A DNA stretch of 64,000 nt, taken from assembly GCA_973895155.1 (NCBI GenBank), contig OZ316895.1, positions 21,588,558 to 21,652,557 of the forward strand. The letters are read 5' to 3'. The position numbers and the translations under genes are program-made. This DNA is from Marsupella aquatica. Lineage: Eukaryota; Plantae; Marchantiophyta. The notes below the pieces were generated by a model that had not been told where the DNA came from, made no database searches, and saw nothing but the letters and a program-made list of their open reading frames with translations. Below, one piece after another: positions 25,096-44,539 of the stretch; position 1 is the first letter of the stretch; each line of letters begins with the position of its first letter.

Positions 25096-26449
25096 CAGGT
25101 TCAAAGAAGGGATAGTCAGGGCTAGTGACTCACAAAGGAAGAAAAAATTTACATAAATTTGCTACACATAAAAGAGTGATAAAAATATGAAAAGCGAGGG
25201 GGTGTAAGGTACTGACAGGAAGGTTGGATCATTATGATTGTAGTCTAACGAGATAAGGTGATACATATTGCCACAAGCAATGTACTGTACTCTACTCTAT
25301 TTTGTGACTAGAGGAGATAAGGCACTGCTCACATAAATCTGAATTCAGTTAAATTCTGTCATGCTAATTGCTTAGCACGGTGGTAGAAAGGCTCAACGTG
25401 GCTGGGAGGAGGTCAAGTGTTCAATGCTAGGCGAGTCTACTTTTAAAGAGCCTTGCAACTAGGACTTATAATGTGGGGTACTCTTGCAACCTGAGAGAGA
25501 CTTGAAAATGAGTTTCCTAAAAAAACAAACAGAACCTTTAAAGGGGTTCTATGTATATTTAAAACTTAAGGGAAAACAAAGAAGATACTCTGCTAAAACA
25601 AATTAAAATCTAAATACTAACCTCTGAAACATAGCACTCCTGAGCAGGTCAGGTGGATTCGCCAGACTGCAGCCTCAAACAATTCTGTTATATAGCAAGT
25701 ACAAGGCCACCGGCAGGGATCGTTACAAACAAAGAGAGATCAGAACTTTAACTGGTGACATAAGCTAGCTCTAGAAATCCCCGACCAGGGAGGATGGGAC
25801 CATTGACTTGGATCCATTCCTAGCCCAAGTTATTTAATTGGCGATTGCGGGTTCCATGTGGCAGTTGGTTGTTATGTACTCTGGACCCTTGGGTGGTGTT
25901 TTTCTTGGTTCCCCACTAGTCTTTGCTGCGGGGTCCTTGAAATATTAGAATTTTGATTTTTTAAAAGAGACAAAGTATGAAAAAGAACTGGTAACTCAGT
26001 ATTAGTGACAAAAGATGGCCAGCAGAGATTTGAATTATCAAGTTGTTAACAAAATATTTTTCAAAGCAAGTGGTGACTTTCCTTGTGGGTTTTACTTTTT
26101 AAAGATGATATGGTAGAACTTTAGCCTCTTAAATTCTTTTAATGTATTCCTTCTTTCCAATTGAGAAAAAAATTTAAAAATTAAAACTGTCAGCAGTCAG
26201 AGTACCTCTTCTAAGGTTTGAGTTTAATTTGATGGGGATGACAAAAGCATCTCACAATTTTATTATGATACACTGCATGTTTACTTAAAGAGCCACTAGC
26301 CACGACAAAAACCTGGTTCCACAGATTTTAATATTTTTTCCTGAAAATTGTGGAGCAAAGTCTCCGGGTAGAGGAGAGAAATGTCAAAAGGGAGACGATT
26401 TGGACTATTCTACTTTTATATGGCCACTGATGGTTTAATGAATCCCTTG

Positions 26450-27240
26450 TTCAATACCACTATCCCATAATTTGGGGAAGACCAAATAGTCACTTGTTGC
26501 CCATTTAAATAATAATAATTTAAGAACATCGTTGACTAAGTACAATGACCTGAATCCACCGGGTATGAAAATGGACTGTGGCGGTTTACACATCAAAACC
26601 GAGGGTCTGTTTGGAGATCCCTCCAAAAAGGACAACAACACAAAATGACATTCAAGTTGATACCATTATTCCAAAGGTAATTGCAGAAGGCTTAGCGTAT
26701 TTCAGATCCTTGGTCAATGAATCTGGGTGGGTGAGTTTGTCCCAGAAGTTATGGGAGGACCAAATAGTAACTTTTTGTCAATTTTTTTTTACTTTGCTAA
26801 GAACATTAGCTACGAGCCCTATACCTGTGCCCCTATACCTGTGAGTTGCACAACTGGCCCATAAGGAGTTGGGTCTGGGCATTTATGGGGCAGTGTGTGG
26901 GGAAGCACATATGCGCCAGGGGTGCCCATTTTTTCTATCAATGATCAGGAAAAACAGTCAAATAAATTCAACTGTTGTGGATCTTTTTTGCCCAGGAATT
27001 TTTTGTACTGGGACAAAGAACAAAAAAACATGAGATCCCTTATTATAGTTGTAAATTAATGGTGATCTAAATCCACCCAGTATTGAAAATGAACGGTGGC
27101 GGTTTAAACAACAAACCAAGGTTCTGTTTGGGGATTCCCAAAACAAGGACAACAGAGCAAAATGACAATCAAATCAATGCCGTCATTCCAAAGGTAATTG
27201 CAGAAGTGTATTAGAGATCCTTGTCAATCCAGGTGGATTC
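26450..27240. repeat. Diverged direct duplication (26547-26725 vs 27062-27235) with an intervening insertion
   Basis: AATCCACC..GTGGCGGTTTA..CTGTTTGG..AAGGACAACA..CAAAATGACA..ATTCCAAAGGTAATTGCAGAAG is present twice. Confidence 0.8.
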
Positions 27241-30200
27241 CCCTCTGTGGGTTCCAAGAGGGAATTTGACTCACCATAAATCAATTGTTAGAGCCAAACA
27301 AGACAAAAAAGTGAATGTACTCAGGAGGGTGTTGACCTGATGAGATTCATCAAAATTCCTTTCATCATTCCTTTCATCTACTCTAGAATATGTGGTACTC
27401 TTCGCACACTTGCATGTGGAGTATGACAAAGGCGAGGTTCCATGGAGAGGATGAGAATCACCAGTTACCTCCCAAGATGTGGAAGCAAGTATCAGTTTGT
27501 GCCTACTTCTACCGCACCAATAGCAAATAGAAGAATGAAAAGGCATTCCACTTAATCATCACGGAAAAAATAGAAAGTCTTAGAAGAGTACACTACAGAA
27601 ACATGTTTGATAAATAGTGCAAGGCCCGAGAATCCCCCCATTAATGGTGAGAGGCCTCAGACACTGCCTTGGGAGACTTCACCAAAGTCACTGTCACACG
27701 ACTGATTTATACAGGTCCAATTAGAGAGCTTCAAAATGTAATTATGTGAAAATCTATGGTCTCTAGATTGAGAACAGACTTTTGTGTCCTGTCGTGCAAG
27801 GTACTCAGGTGTCCTTTTTTCGAATTGGCGTCCTGAGTAATGTCCGTGGCCACAAAACAACGATGAAGAAGCTAGCTCAGGCCCACACTCCTCAGTGGGT
27901 CCTTCCCAAATGTAATCATTTGCTACTCATGCCCAAACTACTCAGGGAATTTCCCAATGTGCAAGGTACTTCCTAAAAGTCCATCCAAAACACAGGCTGT
28001 CCCTTTTCTTTTTGGTATAAAACTGCCTAATGACTTTACACAGCCTGTGGGGATGGGCAGGTAAAACATCTCGGTCCATCCAAGATTCCCTTTCTATTTT
28101 TCATTGACCCATGTCTAGTTCTTGGGTGAGAGTATCCACACAATGTTCTATACTTGTAGAGAACTAACCCAATGCTTGTGGTTGCACAAAAAATGTCAAT
28201 ATGAAACCAAGAGATACAGGGAGACAAGGAAGTGTTGTGGAGGCAATGTGAAGGTTTGACCCTAATACCTGTGAGTTGCACAGTTATTCTGAGTTGCACA
28301 GTTATCATTGCAACTGTGTTGTTGTTGTGACCTGGTTATCATTGCAGCCGTGTGGTGATTCTGGAAGTCAATTGTCGTTTTAACCAGATTGTCATTGGAG
28401 CCGTGTGGTGTTGTTGCGACCTATGTTTTTTCTTTTATTTTTCCCTTTTGTCCCCTTTTTTCCCTTTCACCCCAGTCCCCCTCAATCTTTCTCCCTCCCC
28501 TCTCCCCCTTTTCTCTCCTCTCCTCAATGGAGGTGCGTCAGGGAGGAAGGGAGAGGGGGCAGGCAAGGCCATGCAATGTCCTCCCCCTCCTCACATATCA
28601 GTTCATGGGCAATGGTTCATGGGCACCTTATTTTCTTGGGTTTGTTAGAAACGCTTGGAAAGATCTTTAAAAATGACCATAACAAGATCAAATTTCATTG
28701 AGATTTGAGACACTTACAAATTCAAAGATGACTCTCATTTTCTTACCACATTTCACATATCTGTTCTATGAGAGCAAAAAGAGTGATTTGCTGCAGTCCA
28801 TCTAGGTCCATACAAGCTTGTATGGACAAGGAATTAACACACGTGGCACAAAGGCAATAGATGTGCAGTTCCAGCACAAGGATCCATGGACTGATTTTTG
28901 GAGGGCTGAAGTCTCTTGATCAGAGATCCAACTATTGCCATACGGAAGCATCAATTTTCCTTTGAAGGCATTGTCATTTCTCAAAAGTCGTCATCAATCA
29001 TCAAGGGATTTAATTTCACAGAAATCCTGCAATCCTCTTCGTACGCATATTTTATAAAGACGCTTCACCGAACACCCAGAGCTCAATATTACATCATCCT
29101 GGTTCCCTCACATCATCAGCATACACTATTGCACTTCTCAGCATCTTTTCAAGACTTCAGTACAACATGATGTCTTTTCTGCGAGACCAACTTTCGTCCT
29201 GTTTGAAGATTTTCTACAAGCCAGGACAAGTGCACACTATCTAGGGAGAGATGGTACTCCTTTAGATTTCGAGATCCTGCAAACCCTCCACAAATTCTAG
29301 ATGTTTATTCTCTCGTACTGTGCCAAACTTATTGATCCATTGGCAGAAAGCCCTTCACTAGGCGCCCCATTATTTCTTTGTGGACCAAACTTCTTTGTAA
29401 GTGAAGCATGTCATCAGGTGCAGGAGGGCCTTTAGAAACGGCCAGATAAACTCGTTACAAGTGCTCCAGGCCTTCCAACCCATGCTAGGAAGAAAGATAT
29501 AAAGTTGAAATCAACTAAGCCTCGTGTCTGCAATCGCTTAATGAGCACACCAAATTAAATTTAACAGAAAATTACGACTAGATCAATTTCGTAATCTCCC
29601 TTGCAATCCTGATTGTGATGTCTCTGCAAACTTCTGGCTTAGTTAGAAAGCCCTATTCTGAAATGAATTCTGAAGCTTGCAACTTCTTCAGGGCAAAGAC
29701 ATGATGCTAATGAGTCGACATAACGGATGATTTGTAGAATATCTCGATGAAAGGAGAGAACTTCAAATCAGATTGGTCAGAAGCATACATATATCAAAAT
29801 GAGTCGAATATGTAGGTTTTCCAGGCACAACCGAAAATAAGAATGACATTGCTGGATATTTCTGCTGGGACAAAAGCAGTAACTCATGCGAAAAAATTTA
29901 GATCTTGGTGGCAATTGTGCGTCTCACTGCTATGGCCTAAAATCATGTTACACAACCAATTTCTGGACCATCTTTGATTAATACGGCTGCTCAAGGAGTG
30001 GCCCTGTAATTCACTGCTAAATCGAAATTTCGATTCTTCAACCGAAACACATCACAAGGATCTTCCCTAAAAGCATGTACTGGCTCACCATTTTTCAGGA
30101 AAGCTCGTGATGTGGAGATCGCCAAAGCAACAACTGCAAACTTAACTTAACGATGCCTTTACTAGAGAAGTGGAACCCAATTAAAGCTATACACATTATC

Positions 30201-31472
30201 TGATAAAACTGCCGCACAAACTAGGTAGAATTGCACATTGGCTCTGCCCCTAACACTGAGTTCACTAAGATGCATAGGTTGAAGCAAAGGAACCAACTTA
30301 AGGTCGCAAAAAAAGGAGAAAATCCGCCTTCAATACTGTCGTACACATGGACACACTTTCCTTCCTACGTTTTTGACTTGTGACAACGAGAAATTACTGG
30401 GTTGTCTAATTTAACTGCAATGTAACGTGTGGAGTGGAATAGCTGAAAGCAAGAAGGGTCCGAAGGCGCGAAAAGGGAGAGGCCCTTGTAATGATTAAGG
30501 TTAAAACAGACAATGGGTCCTGAGACCTCATGTCCATGCAAATTGAACATATGGTCGGAGTGTCGCAATGTAAATGGTAGCCAATTTGGACACTGCCAGA
30601 GATGTACGTCCGCCTTCAGTGAGAAGGCTAGCGTGCATTCACTGCATCTGAATCACCTCGAACTATCAAATACTATGGAACACTACTGAATTGCATCATT
30701 ATCAAGGAGAAAATACTTACTGGTACTACAAAGACGATTCGAATTGTCAACGCTGGTAGGTAGGCTCCGTCTAGTTTCTCAGGTGGTTCAATATGTGCAT
30801 CGTTGAAATCAGGAGAGCACCAAGGGCACAGAGTCTAGCCACCACGATCTTAGCGTCTTGGACCTCTAGAACTAAAGAACGTGATTATCATGCCCGGTCA
30901 CCCTTACATCGCGGTCGATACAAGGGCGTTCCCATGCTCATCGCAATTGCGATCAATTAGCTCTGCTGCCACATTAGCTCCTAGCAGCGTCCACGACCTC
31001 TAAACTGCTGATAGTTGTCCTGGTTGCCGAGGAACATACCCAACTCAGTAGGACAATTCAGAGGTGCTCCTCTACATGACCGTCCAACTTGTGGCCGTGA
31101 CCTATTATCCACTGAACCTACAAATTGAATGTTTGTCAATACTCACGGTGACCAACTTCCCAATTGTTTGTCAGTGAGATTACGTGACGGTTTTGGAGTT
31201 GCTTGCACTGTCCGGTGCTCGCAAAAATAGTAAATGGGTGAAACAGTCTTTCAGCCTGGTAAGAGCTAGTAACAACGCCAAATTGCATAATTTCAAATTT
31301 CCTGTCCCAGAACTGCCATCGCCGAGGTGCTTCAATAGCAACCTCTCGAAATTTATTCATTTTGAATGTATGACCTTCATCAAGCAACATCGAAAACCTG
31401 ATTTTATCTGGGCTGCTAGTGAATAATGTTTACAGTCAATTTCCAGCCAGCGCATCACAGCTTTCAATCTGG

Positions 31473-33200
31473 TCACCAATGATCACTACAAGAACACAAG
31501 CCATCTTCAAAATGGTCAAAGTGATTTGCACCTCTCGCTATAATCCCGCGTCCTGCCACCTTCGAGATAAGCTTGCTTGCTGTATGGCAATCCGGACACA
31601 CCCGAAGGTTCTTGCTTACACGAACTGCTTCTCCCCTGAGGTAAGTGCAAAGTCTATAAGCAATAGCCAATTTCTCACTATGAGAGCAAAGAGCTAATTC
31701 TTTATCCTCCTCATTAATATCATGCAAGACAAGCCGGGTATCCGGAATGTGGCCTTCAGATTTTCAGTCAATTTATTGAGCTCAGTATGTATCGCCTTCG
31801 CTTCTGGGTGAGATGTATCCCCTACAACAAATTCATGGATCTTGTTATCGACTTAAATCCAGCTACGCCCTGGCTCCTTCAGAACTCCCCTCCTTTGTAT
31901 CATGGTGCGCACCGATGACTCCTTCTCCCACTTACCAGCTGCAGCATAGATGTTGCAGAGAAGCACATATGTAGAAGCCCTACCGGGTTCTAACTTGAAA
32001 AGCTCGACAAGGAACCTCATTAGTAGAAGCCTTCCCGTTTCATTTGGAGAAACAGTCGATATGCTTCATACCCACAACCATGTGCAAGTCCACCGATCAT
32101 TGCAGTCCATGTGACTACATCGCGTTTCTCCATTCTGTCAAAAACCAGCCGGACTGCGTCTTACACTGCCAGTCACTGCATACATGTGAACCCGTGCACT
32201 GCGCACACACAAATCTGACTCCGGTCCCGCTTTGCTAGCATGGCTATGAACCTCCTTCACCGACTCCAAAGCCCCCGCACTTGCAGATGCGTTCAGGATG
32301 CCCAAGTTAGTAATCGCATTTGGTTCAAACCGTCGCATCTGGAGTAACAGTCGATATGGTTCCACACGATGGCCACGTTCTGAAAATGCTCGAATCATAA
32401 CATTCAATGTAATGAAATCTCGATTGGTCACTTTTCAAAAACTTTCCTTGCCTCGGTGATGCATCCACATTTTGCATACATCTGTAGGAGGGCAGACCCT
32501 ACAAGCGCATCTGATTCAAAGCCAACATTTCGAATATAAAAATGAATTTCCTTTCCCCATTTAGAGCTAATGGGTTGCCACATGCGGTCAGAATGCTCAC
32601 ATATGAGATCTCATCAGGCTGCACACCTTCTTTGCGCATTGATTGAAAAGTTCGGGTACAAATTCAGCATGATCACTCCTATCATATCCTGCTTTCATCG
32701 CGTTCCAAGTAATGACACTCTTCTTGTCAAGTTGATCAAACACTCGACGTGCATCCAACACATTCCACACATTTGATATACAAATTCAGGAGGGTTACCG
32801 CCACATGTAGATTCTTATCCATTCCACTCTGGATGATATGGTCATGCACCTGCGTGGCCGCTAAAAGGTCTTATTGTTTCGAGCACATTTGCAGGACTTC
32901 CATATGTGCACGAGTCTATAGTAATGCCTCGTTGTAGACGATCCTTGAAAACAGCAATTGTTTCACTTGTGGTACCAGCATCATGCATGTGCCTACTGCC
33001 ATTCTCTTGTGCAGTGACTTGAGACCAATCTCTCGTGTCATAACTAACACGAGATTGCAAGCTGCATTGAGTAATGAAATTCGCTCTTGCCTTAACCCAT
33101 GCTGGACTCGACCATCCATCGACCCGAGGTGCTTTCCTTGTCATCCTATGATTGAACTCAGGTGCTCTACGCTTCCTCTCAGTCCAAAGATGTCTTTCCG
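31473..33200 (-). pseudogene. PLS-class PPR-E-DYW (organellar C-to-U editing factor) pseudogene
   Basis: DYW domain HDINEEDKELALCSHSEKLAIAY..KNLRVCPDCH..HHF-like DHFEDGLCSCSDHW. E domain and PG box (KEPGRSWI*VDNKIHEF) contain a stop. PPR motifs such as EPNAITNLGILNASASAGALESVKEVH are present. Several frameshifts, and few PPR repeats remain. Confidence 0.9.
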
Positions 33201-34259
33201 TTTCTCCCTTGCTCTGCTGTGAAGTTTGGTACAGATAACTTGCAAAACTTGTTTGACTTCGTTTCAATTGAGAGTAGCGGGCTGTCTGAAGGCCTTGTAT
33301 AAGAACAACGGCTGGTGCCAATGCCAATCGAACCGGAAGATGGAGGATGAACTCTGGCTGTGGAGTTTTGTCTAAGACGATCCATATCCAAAATATATCC
33401 ATCGAATCATTCTGTTCCTGTGCCGGAAACAGAGAGTTTAATATAGTGGAGTTGTGAGAAACATTATCTTAGCCGGGTAGAGGTATCTGATCTCAATGTA
33501 ACACTTGGAGATACCCCTAGGAGCATGGCACAAGCAGTATATTCTCCAGGATCACTTCCTCCTGCACATCACCCTCTGAAGAACTTTGGCGCAAGTGCTC
33601 TTTCTTATCGCCCTCCAAGAAAGAACCCTTTCAAGCAAATTGTCCTACATACCACACGAAAAATTGACGACATTTATTCAAAGCAGAACTTGTGTACAAG
33701 TGAAACTCAGACCGTGTAAATAGCAAATTGGGCAGAAGGCTCGACTAATTCATACAGAACAACGAGTTTATGCAAGCGGGCAGTGAACGCCTCCGCATAC
33801 AAGCTCAGAAGGAACACAGTGCTCTAAACCCTCTACGGTCCCCTCAATCGCTTATCAGCTTTCCTTGCTCAATACAGGGGATCACGCAATAGCTGGTTGA
33901 CAGATTTTCAGGTGCAAGAGGAAAAGAGTTTGATCAAGACTGAAACATCGGTAGAATAAACTCTTTCGTGCGATTCATCCAGGATGAGAATGCCATCCTG
34001 ATCGAAATCGCTGAGGACTGCAACCAAAGGCGCATGAGGAAGCAGGAGAAGACGCCAGGACGAAGAAAAACTCTCCCGCTGTCTTCCAGACCCCTTCTGC
34101 CCAAATAAGTCGTCTTTTCAAGAATGATTGGGATCTCCAAACACCTTTGAGCTCAAATGGAATCCAAACCTGTGTGAAAGTGAAGCTTTGTAAACCTTTC
34201 TTTTGGTTTAGTGTCTGACCTCTTTAGCTTTAGTCCTCGTTCGACCTCTTTGCTACATA

Positions 34260-34990
34260 GGTGTGCCAAAGAGCAAAAAGAGCCGTACCAGGACACATGG
34301 TCCCAAAGGCATGAATACCAAATAAATCGAGAAATAAGGGATAAATCTAGGAAGCTCAAGAGCCAAGAAACTCAAGAGTCTCCCACCAATGGTCCAAGAA
34401 CTAAAGCCCCAACAAACTGAAAAGTCTGGTAGCTCTCAGGAAAATAGTGTAGGAGGCCCTGTAGAGGAATTTTGACTAGAGACACTAAAATCAAGTACCT
34501 AGGCCCAATGGAAAATAGTGAATGCCTGAGCCTGATCTTTTTCTCTGTTGTCTTTTGCTATTAGCCCATTTGTAGTTTGTTTGGCCCTTTCTTTAGATTG
34601 GGTCTTTTCTCTCTTTCTAACTCTAAACTTGCCTGATCTTAGTCAATTTGCAAGTCACTCTGGAAACCCTTTTTAGTTCAAAGGGTAGTTCAAAGGGTGT
34701 CAGTTGTGTTTTTCAGCAGTCTCAGACATTTACTATTCTTTGTAGAGGTGAGACAGTTTTGCTTTAAGTCTTCTAGTCATATTCCATTGCTCCACCCTCC
34801 TATGCAGTTCACCTTGAAGCTATACCAGGCTCTTCAGTTTGCCGTAGGATAGGGCTTTAGGTTTTAAGGTTGCTTTTGTTGTGCTGTTATGTCTTGGCTT
34901 TGGGGGATTTGGGGCTTGTTTGTTTGCCCCTTGATTGGGTCTTTCACCTTTGGGATCATGTCTCCTGGTTGGGCACCCTTTGTTCTTTTG
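34260..34990. repeat. Diverged inverted pair of retroelement-tail sequences (34260-34457 and 34795-34990)
   Basis: CCAGGACACATGGTCCCAAAGG pairs with CCTTTGGGATCATGTCTCCTGG. CTAAAGCCC..AAACTGAAAAGTCTGGTA..TAGGAGG pairs with CCTCCTA..TACCAGGCTCTTCAGTTT..GGGCTTTAG. Confidence 0.7.
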
Positions 34991-36184
34991 CAGTTTGCTA
35001 TTTATTCCTAGTTTGTCCTTTTAACTCTTTTGAAATCTTAGCTTGCCTTATCTCAGTCAACTTGGGAGCCCTCTCTCGACCTCTTTTGCTTTTCACTCCA
35101 TTGCACTTTTTTGGCCCTTTTTAGTACATTGGTCCCCTTTTCTCTTTTTACTTTGAATCTTGCCATATATGTCTTAGTCAGCTTGCAACTCCTCTCTAGA
35201 AGTCTTTTGCTTTTACTCCCTTGCACTATTTGGTCGTTTTAGTAAAATTGGCCATTTTCTGTCTTTTTATTTACAAAGTTGCCTTATCTTAGTCAACTTG
35301 CAAGTTTCCATTGACCCTATGCAAGATGAGGAGCACCCCAGGCCGAAAAGCTTGAGATAAAATCTTCCTACTTGTGCCTTTCATGTACACTGACAATAGG
35401 ACAAAAAGTTTGAGGTAACTCTTTCAGCCTTATTTATCTTCCTGGCTGTGCCTTTTCTGTAAACCAGACATTGACCGATAGCACACAGAGTTTGTGATAA
35501 CAATGCTCACATTGTGCAATGGATGTGAACAATCCTCTGTTTTTTTGGTCTTACTTTGGCCCCATTATTTTGGGGCCTACCATGTTGTGGTACTTTCTAG
35601 TTTTTTATCCCTTACATTAATCATTCCATTACAAATAAAATCAAATCCTAGAGCTTGTATTGCCACCCTAACCCTGTTGCTTTAATAGGACTCCCAAGCT
35701 TGCAAGGGATCCATAGAACATCATTTGAAAGTAAAAGAAAATTGATTTACACCAAGATTTGGGTGTTCATGTTGCAATATCCATGGATCATGTTGACAAG
35801 ATGCTTGGATGGGCCATTGCAGCTCTTGCATGTATCCCTTTGAAACATAACTTTTATATTTTTAATATGTTTTGGGTGTCAAAAAGTGCTTGGTCCGTGG
35901 GAGTCCCGAAATCAAATTTGAGATCCATCCGAGCCTCCACTTCTTTTGGGTGGAGGTCTCATCCAAGGTGCAAGCTTCCAGCTTTGGAATGGGAAGTTTT
36001 ATTGACAAAGAAAACCCACATAACAGGTGAAACAAAAGATATTAATTTGTGTTCCTTATTGGCATCAACTTCTATTAGGTAGAGGTCTCATCCAATTGCT
36101 TTGGAATTGGAATTGGAAATTAAATAAAAATAATAATTAAATCTTAGGATAGTACCTAAATCATCTGATCCTTTATTAATTCTA

Positions 36185-36345
36185 AGGGACGGTGTGGATG
36201 CGCCTCTCAATAAGTTTGAAAATAATGTGGCTCCCTTCATCTGCTCCGTCGACTGAGTAATGAACGGTGGGGATGCGCTTCTCAATAAATCGAAAGTAAT
36301 TAATCAAGCGCGCCATTTTGCCGGGTATCTTGTTATTAGGGTTTA
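36185..36345 (+). promoter_or_regulatory. GCN5 upstream region with a 25-bp direct repeat and a telo-box
   Basis: ACGGTG(T/G)GGATGCGC(C/T)TCTCAATAA occurs at ~36189 and ~36264. TTAGGGTTT (telo-box, AAACCCTAA on the minus strand) lies at ~36336. Confidence 0.45.
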
Positions 36346-36868
36346 CTGGGAGCTGACCGAACAACCTCGAGCTTTGCTCGATGAAAACACCTCTCGAGTC
36401 GTAATGTCCAGGATTCGTAATTCTCCGATCCCGACGCAGGATGCAGCAATTCTCAATGACTTTATGGCAATCATCTGATTCTCTGTTCGATGGTGATCAT
36501 TTTGACACCCGATTTCGTTGGAGACATTGGTGCTTTGTGGCGTTCAAGTGGTGTATTTGTGGCTCTTAGGTTTAGGCGGAGCGGAAGCGATTTCTTCGAA
36601 GGTATGCAAAGATTATCGCGGGCTAAGGGAACATATGGAAGCCCGATGTGACGGCGATCGTTTGGGAATGTGATGTGATTGGTAATTTTTGTGATCTGTG
36701 GAGCTGGAGCTGGAGCTGGAGCTGAGGGATATGGAGTTTTTTTCTCGAGGTCGAGGCTGGGAGCAGGTGAGTTCTTCAAAAAGTGGTGAAATTGTTTTTA
36801 TGGAAGGATTAATCACGACACGCACCAGGAGATCAAGGGGGCGAAATTGAGATAATAATGAGGATGAA

Positions 36869-42220
<5,352 letters not shown>

Positions 42221-44539
42221 GTACATTTACGATGAGCAGAATAGGTCGCAATCACTGTGCCATAAGGATTGTAATACTATACCAGAACCCCTTTGAGGGG
42301 TCGTCTCAAGAAAGGCAGCAAAATGTTGGATAGACGCTCCGGTATCAGACTGAGCTTAGGGTACCAAGTACAGAGAGTTTCCCCTCTTGTTCATGTTTTG
42401 TATCATATTACCAATTTTTCCAGACAAATAGATGCAAGGTTTGGCGGAAGTGTTAGCACTGTACCCTGCTCAGCATTGAATGTCAAGCATTTTGATGGTT
42501 AAGGAAATATTGATGGGTACCAAATGCATATCAGTAGTCTTCGATAGTGTTCAGCAAGTTTTCATCACTCTTTCAAACGGGTGAAAGTTTTTGGACGCAC
42601 TTGGAGAACGCTTGCTGTCCAAGGAAATCATCTCTGAATGAGATCTTGGCATCATAATGGTAAAATGTATTCTGGACCAACGGGAGAAAAAGGACTAGGT
42701 TTTTAGTTGGCTTCCCAACGAGAATTCTCGAAGAAAAATGCAGAATTTCGTCTAGTTTAAAACTTGAACAATCGTGCCAGCTATGTGGTCGGGGTTCTTC
42801 AACTTGAAAAGAACCGTCCTTGATTTCCCTTTTGATTTTTGAAATGGAGTAAAGAGTCTGAAGTCCAAAAGATCATATTTTTTTGAAGAAATGGAATAGA
42901 GATTTGAGCTCAGGACAAATATCACTTCGAAATAGTATATACAATGCCAAATGGAAAACATCGAGGTAAAGGTGATAGTTTGGATAGAACAGATTGTGCC
43001 AATTGGGAAGACGTCCAGGGTAGGACGGAAGATGGGCCTCGGCAAAGGTATTAGGGTTTGATTTGAGGTCATAGGGCCTTGCATGATTGTCTATACAAGC
43101 AGAAATTGGATGTAGAAGTAAACTTATCGCTAATACAAGGAATGAGAACCTGCCCCCAAACTATACTTAAACCGGATGAGTTACGTGACAATGCAGTGTA
43201 GTTGGTATGACTCAACTTTGATAACAGAAATTCACTCGTCTTAAAATCGCAAATTTCAGGACCAGTTTCTGTGCGACGTTGATAAAAATTTTCCTATTTC
43301 AAGCCATGAGTCTGAAAACCGTGGTTTCGTTTCTGTGCTTGGTTCAGAAGCGTAATTCGTTACCCTATTACTAGAGTTCGTCAACTCAAAATTATGGCAT
43401 TCTTCTTCAATCAGACATGGACTGGCAGTTCCGAACAGTACTCTCCACCGGACCTGCGCTGCGACTGGTGACTCGGAAATGTTCGGAAGCAAGTCACCGA
43501 ATCTGTCAGCATGTTCGGTACTTGACCCTGTCGATTTTGCTCTGACAGCGTACTTTCCAGGCGTGATGATCTTCACACTCCTCGAGTTCAGCACACAAGG
43601 TAAATTTGCGCATCGTGGGTAACATGTCCAAAAGGCTGATGGCCCACAAACTGGGCTTCTAAATATTGTGTGCGTTGCTGAGCTTTGGGTATTGATCATT
43701 TCCTGGCATTGACATGGCAAACAGGGCCTATCCAGTTTGCCTCAAGGTTGTGACTATGGTCGCTTGCCATGATAAATATGTCAGAAAGGACGGGGGGACT
43801 GCACCAATCCCTGAGTGATGCCCACGTCTTTGGCCATTATGATATTAACCTCAATAGACAGTAAACGCACCAGAATTTGGTGAGGATTATTTGGTCATCA
43901 TTCTCTCCTGCCGTTTCCCAAGGTTCCCAAGGTAATAGTCATGGTTGTCTTCAGGGATTTTCATAATGTTCCCAGGATTGTCTTTGGTCAATTTCCCAAG
44001 GTAAAATGGTCACATGGCTTCGATGATTTTCCCAACATATTATGATGCTCGTCTTCCTTCAGTCATGCTGGCAATCCCCTCGCAATGGACCAGAGCGCGA
44101 ATAAGCTCACACCCGTTGAGAGGAACATATACAATCACTCCTACGTTCTTTGGGGATCCAGGTCCGTATCCTCCTCACCAAGCACTTCAGAACCGTCAGA
44201 ATCAACAAGTCCTCCTCAGTCAAGACAAATGCATCTGCAACACAAGAGGAAACCATTTATAAACATTCTGAAACCAGGAATTTGTGATCCCACTGACCTT
44301 AGATTTATCTGCATTGTATGTACATATAAAAAGAGGATGCCTTTCGAAGCTTTGAAGTTCTTCAAAGCAGAACGTGTGAGGGAGAAGCGTCTCTCTGCTG
44401 TTAGTAGTGTATATATACAACTGCTACTAGGAGGCCGGACTGACCATGCCGGCCACTGACATGACATGTATGAGTCCCCAGGCAACCTTTGCAAACGATG
44501 CCTGAAGCTCAAATAAATTCTAATCTAGCAAAATCTAGT

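Noticed and set aside
27250-28000. Possible LINE reverse transcriptase relic
   Set aside because: Only vague similarity, and no intact diagnostic motif could be read.
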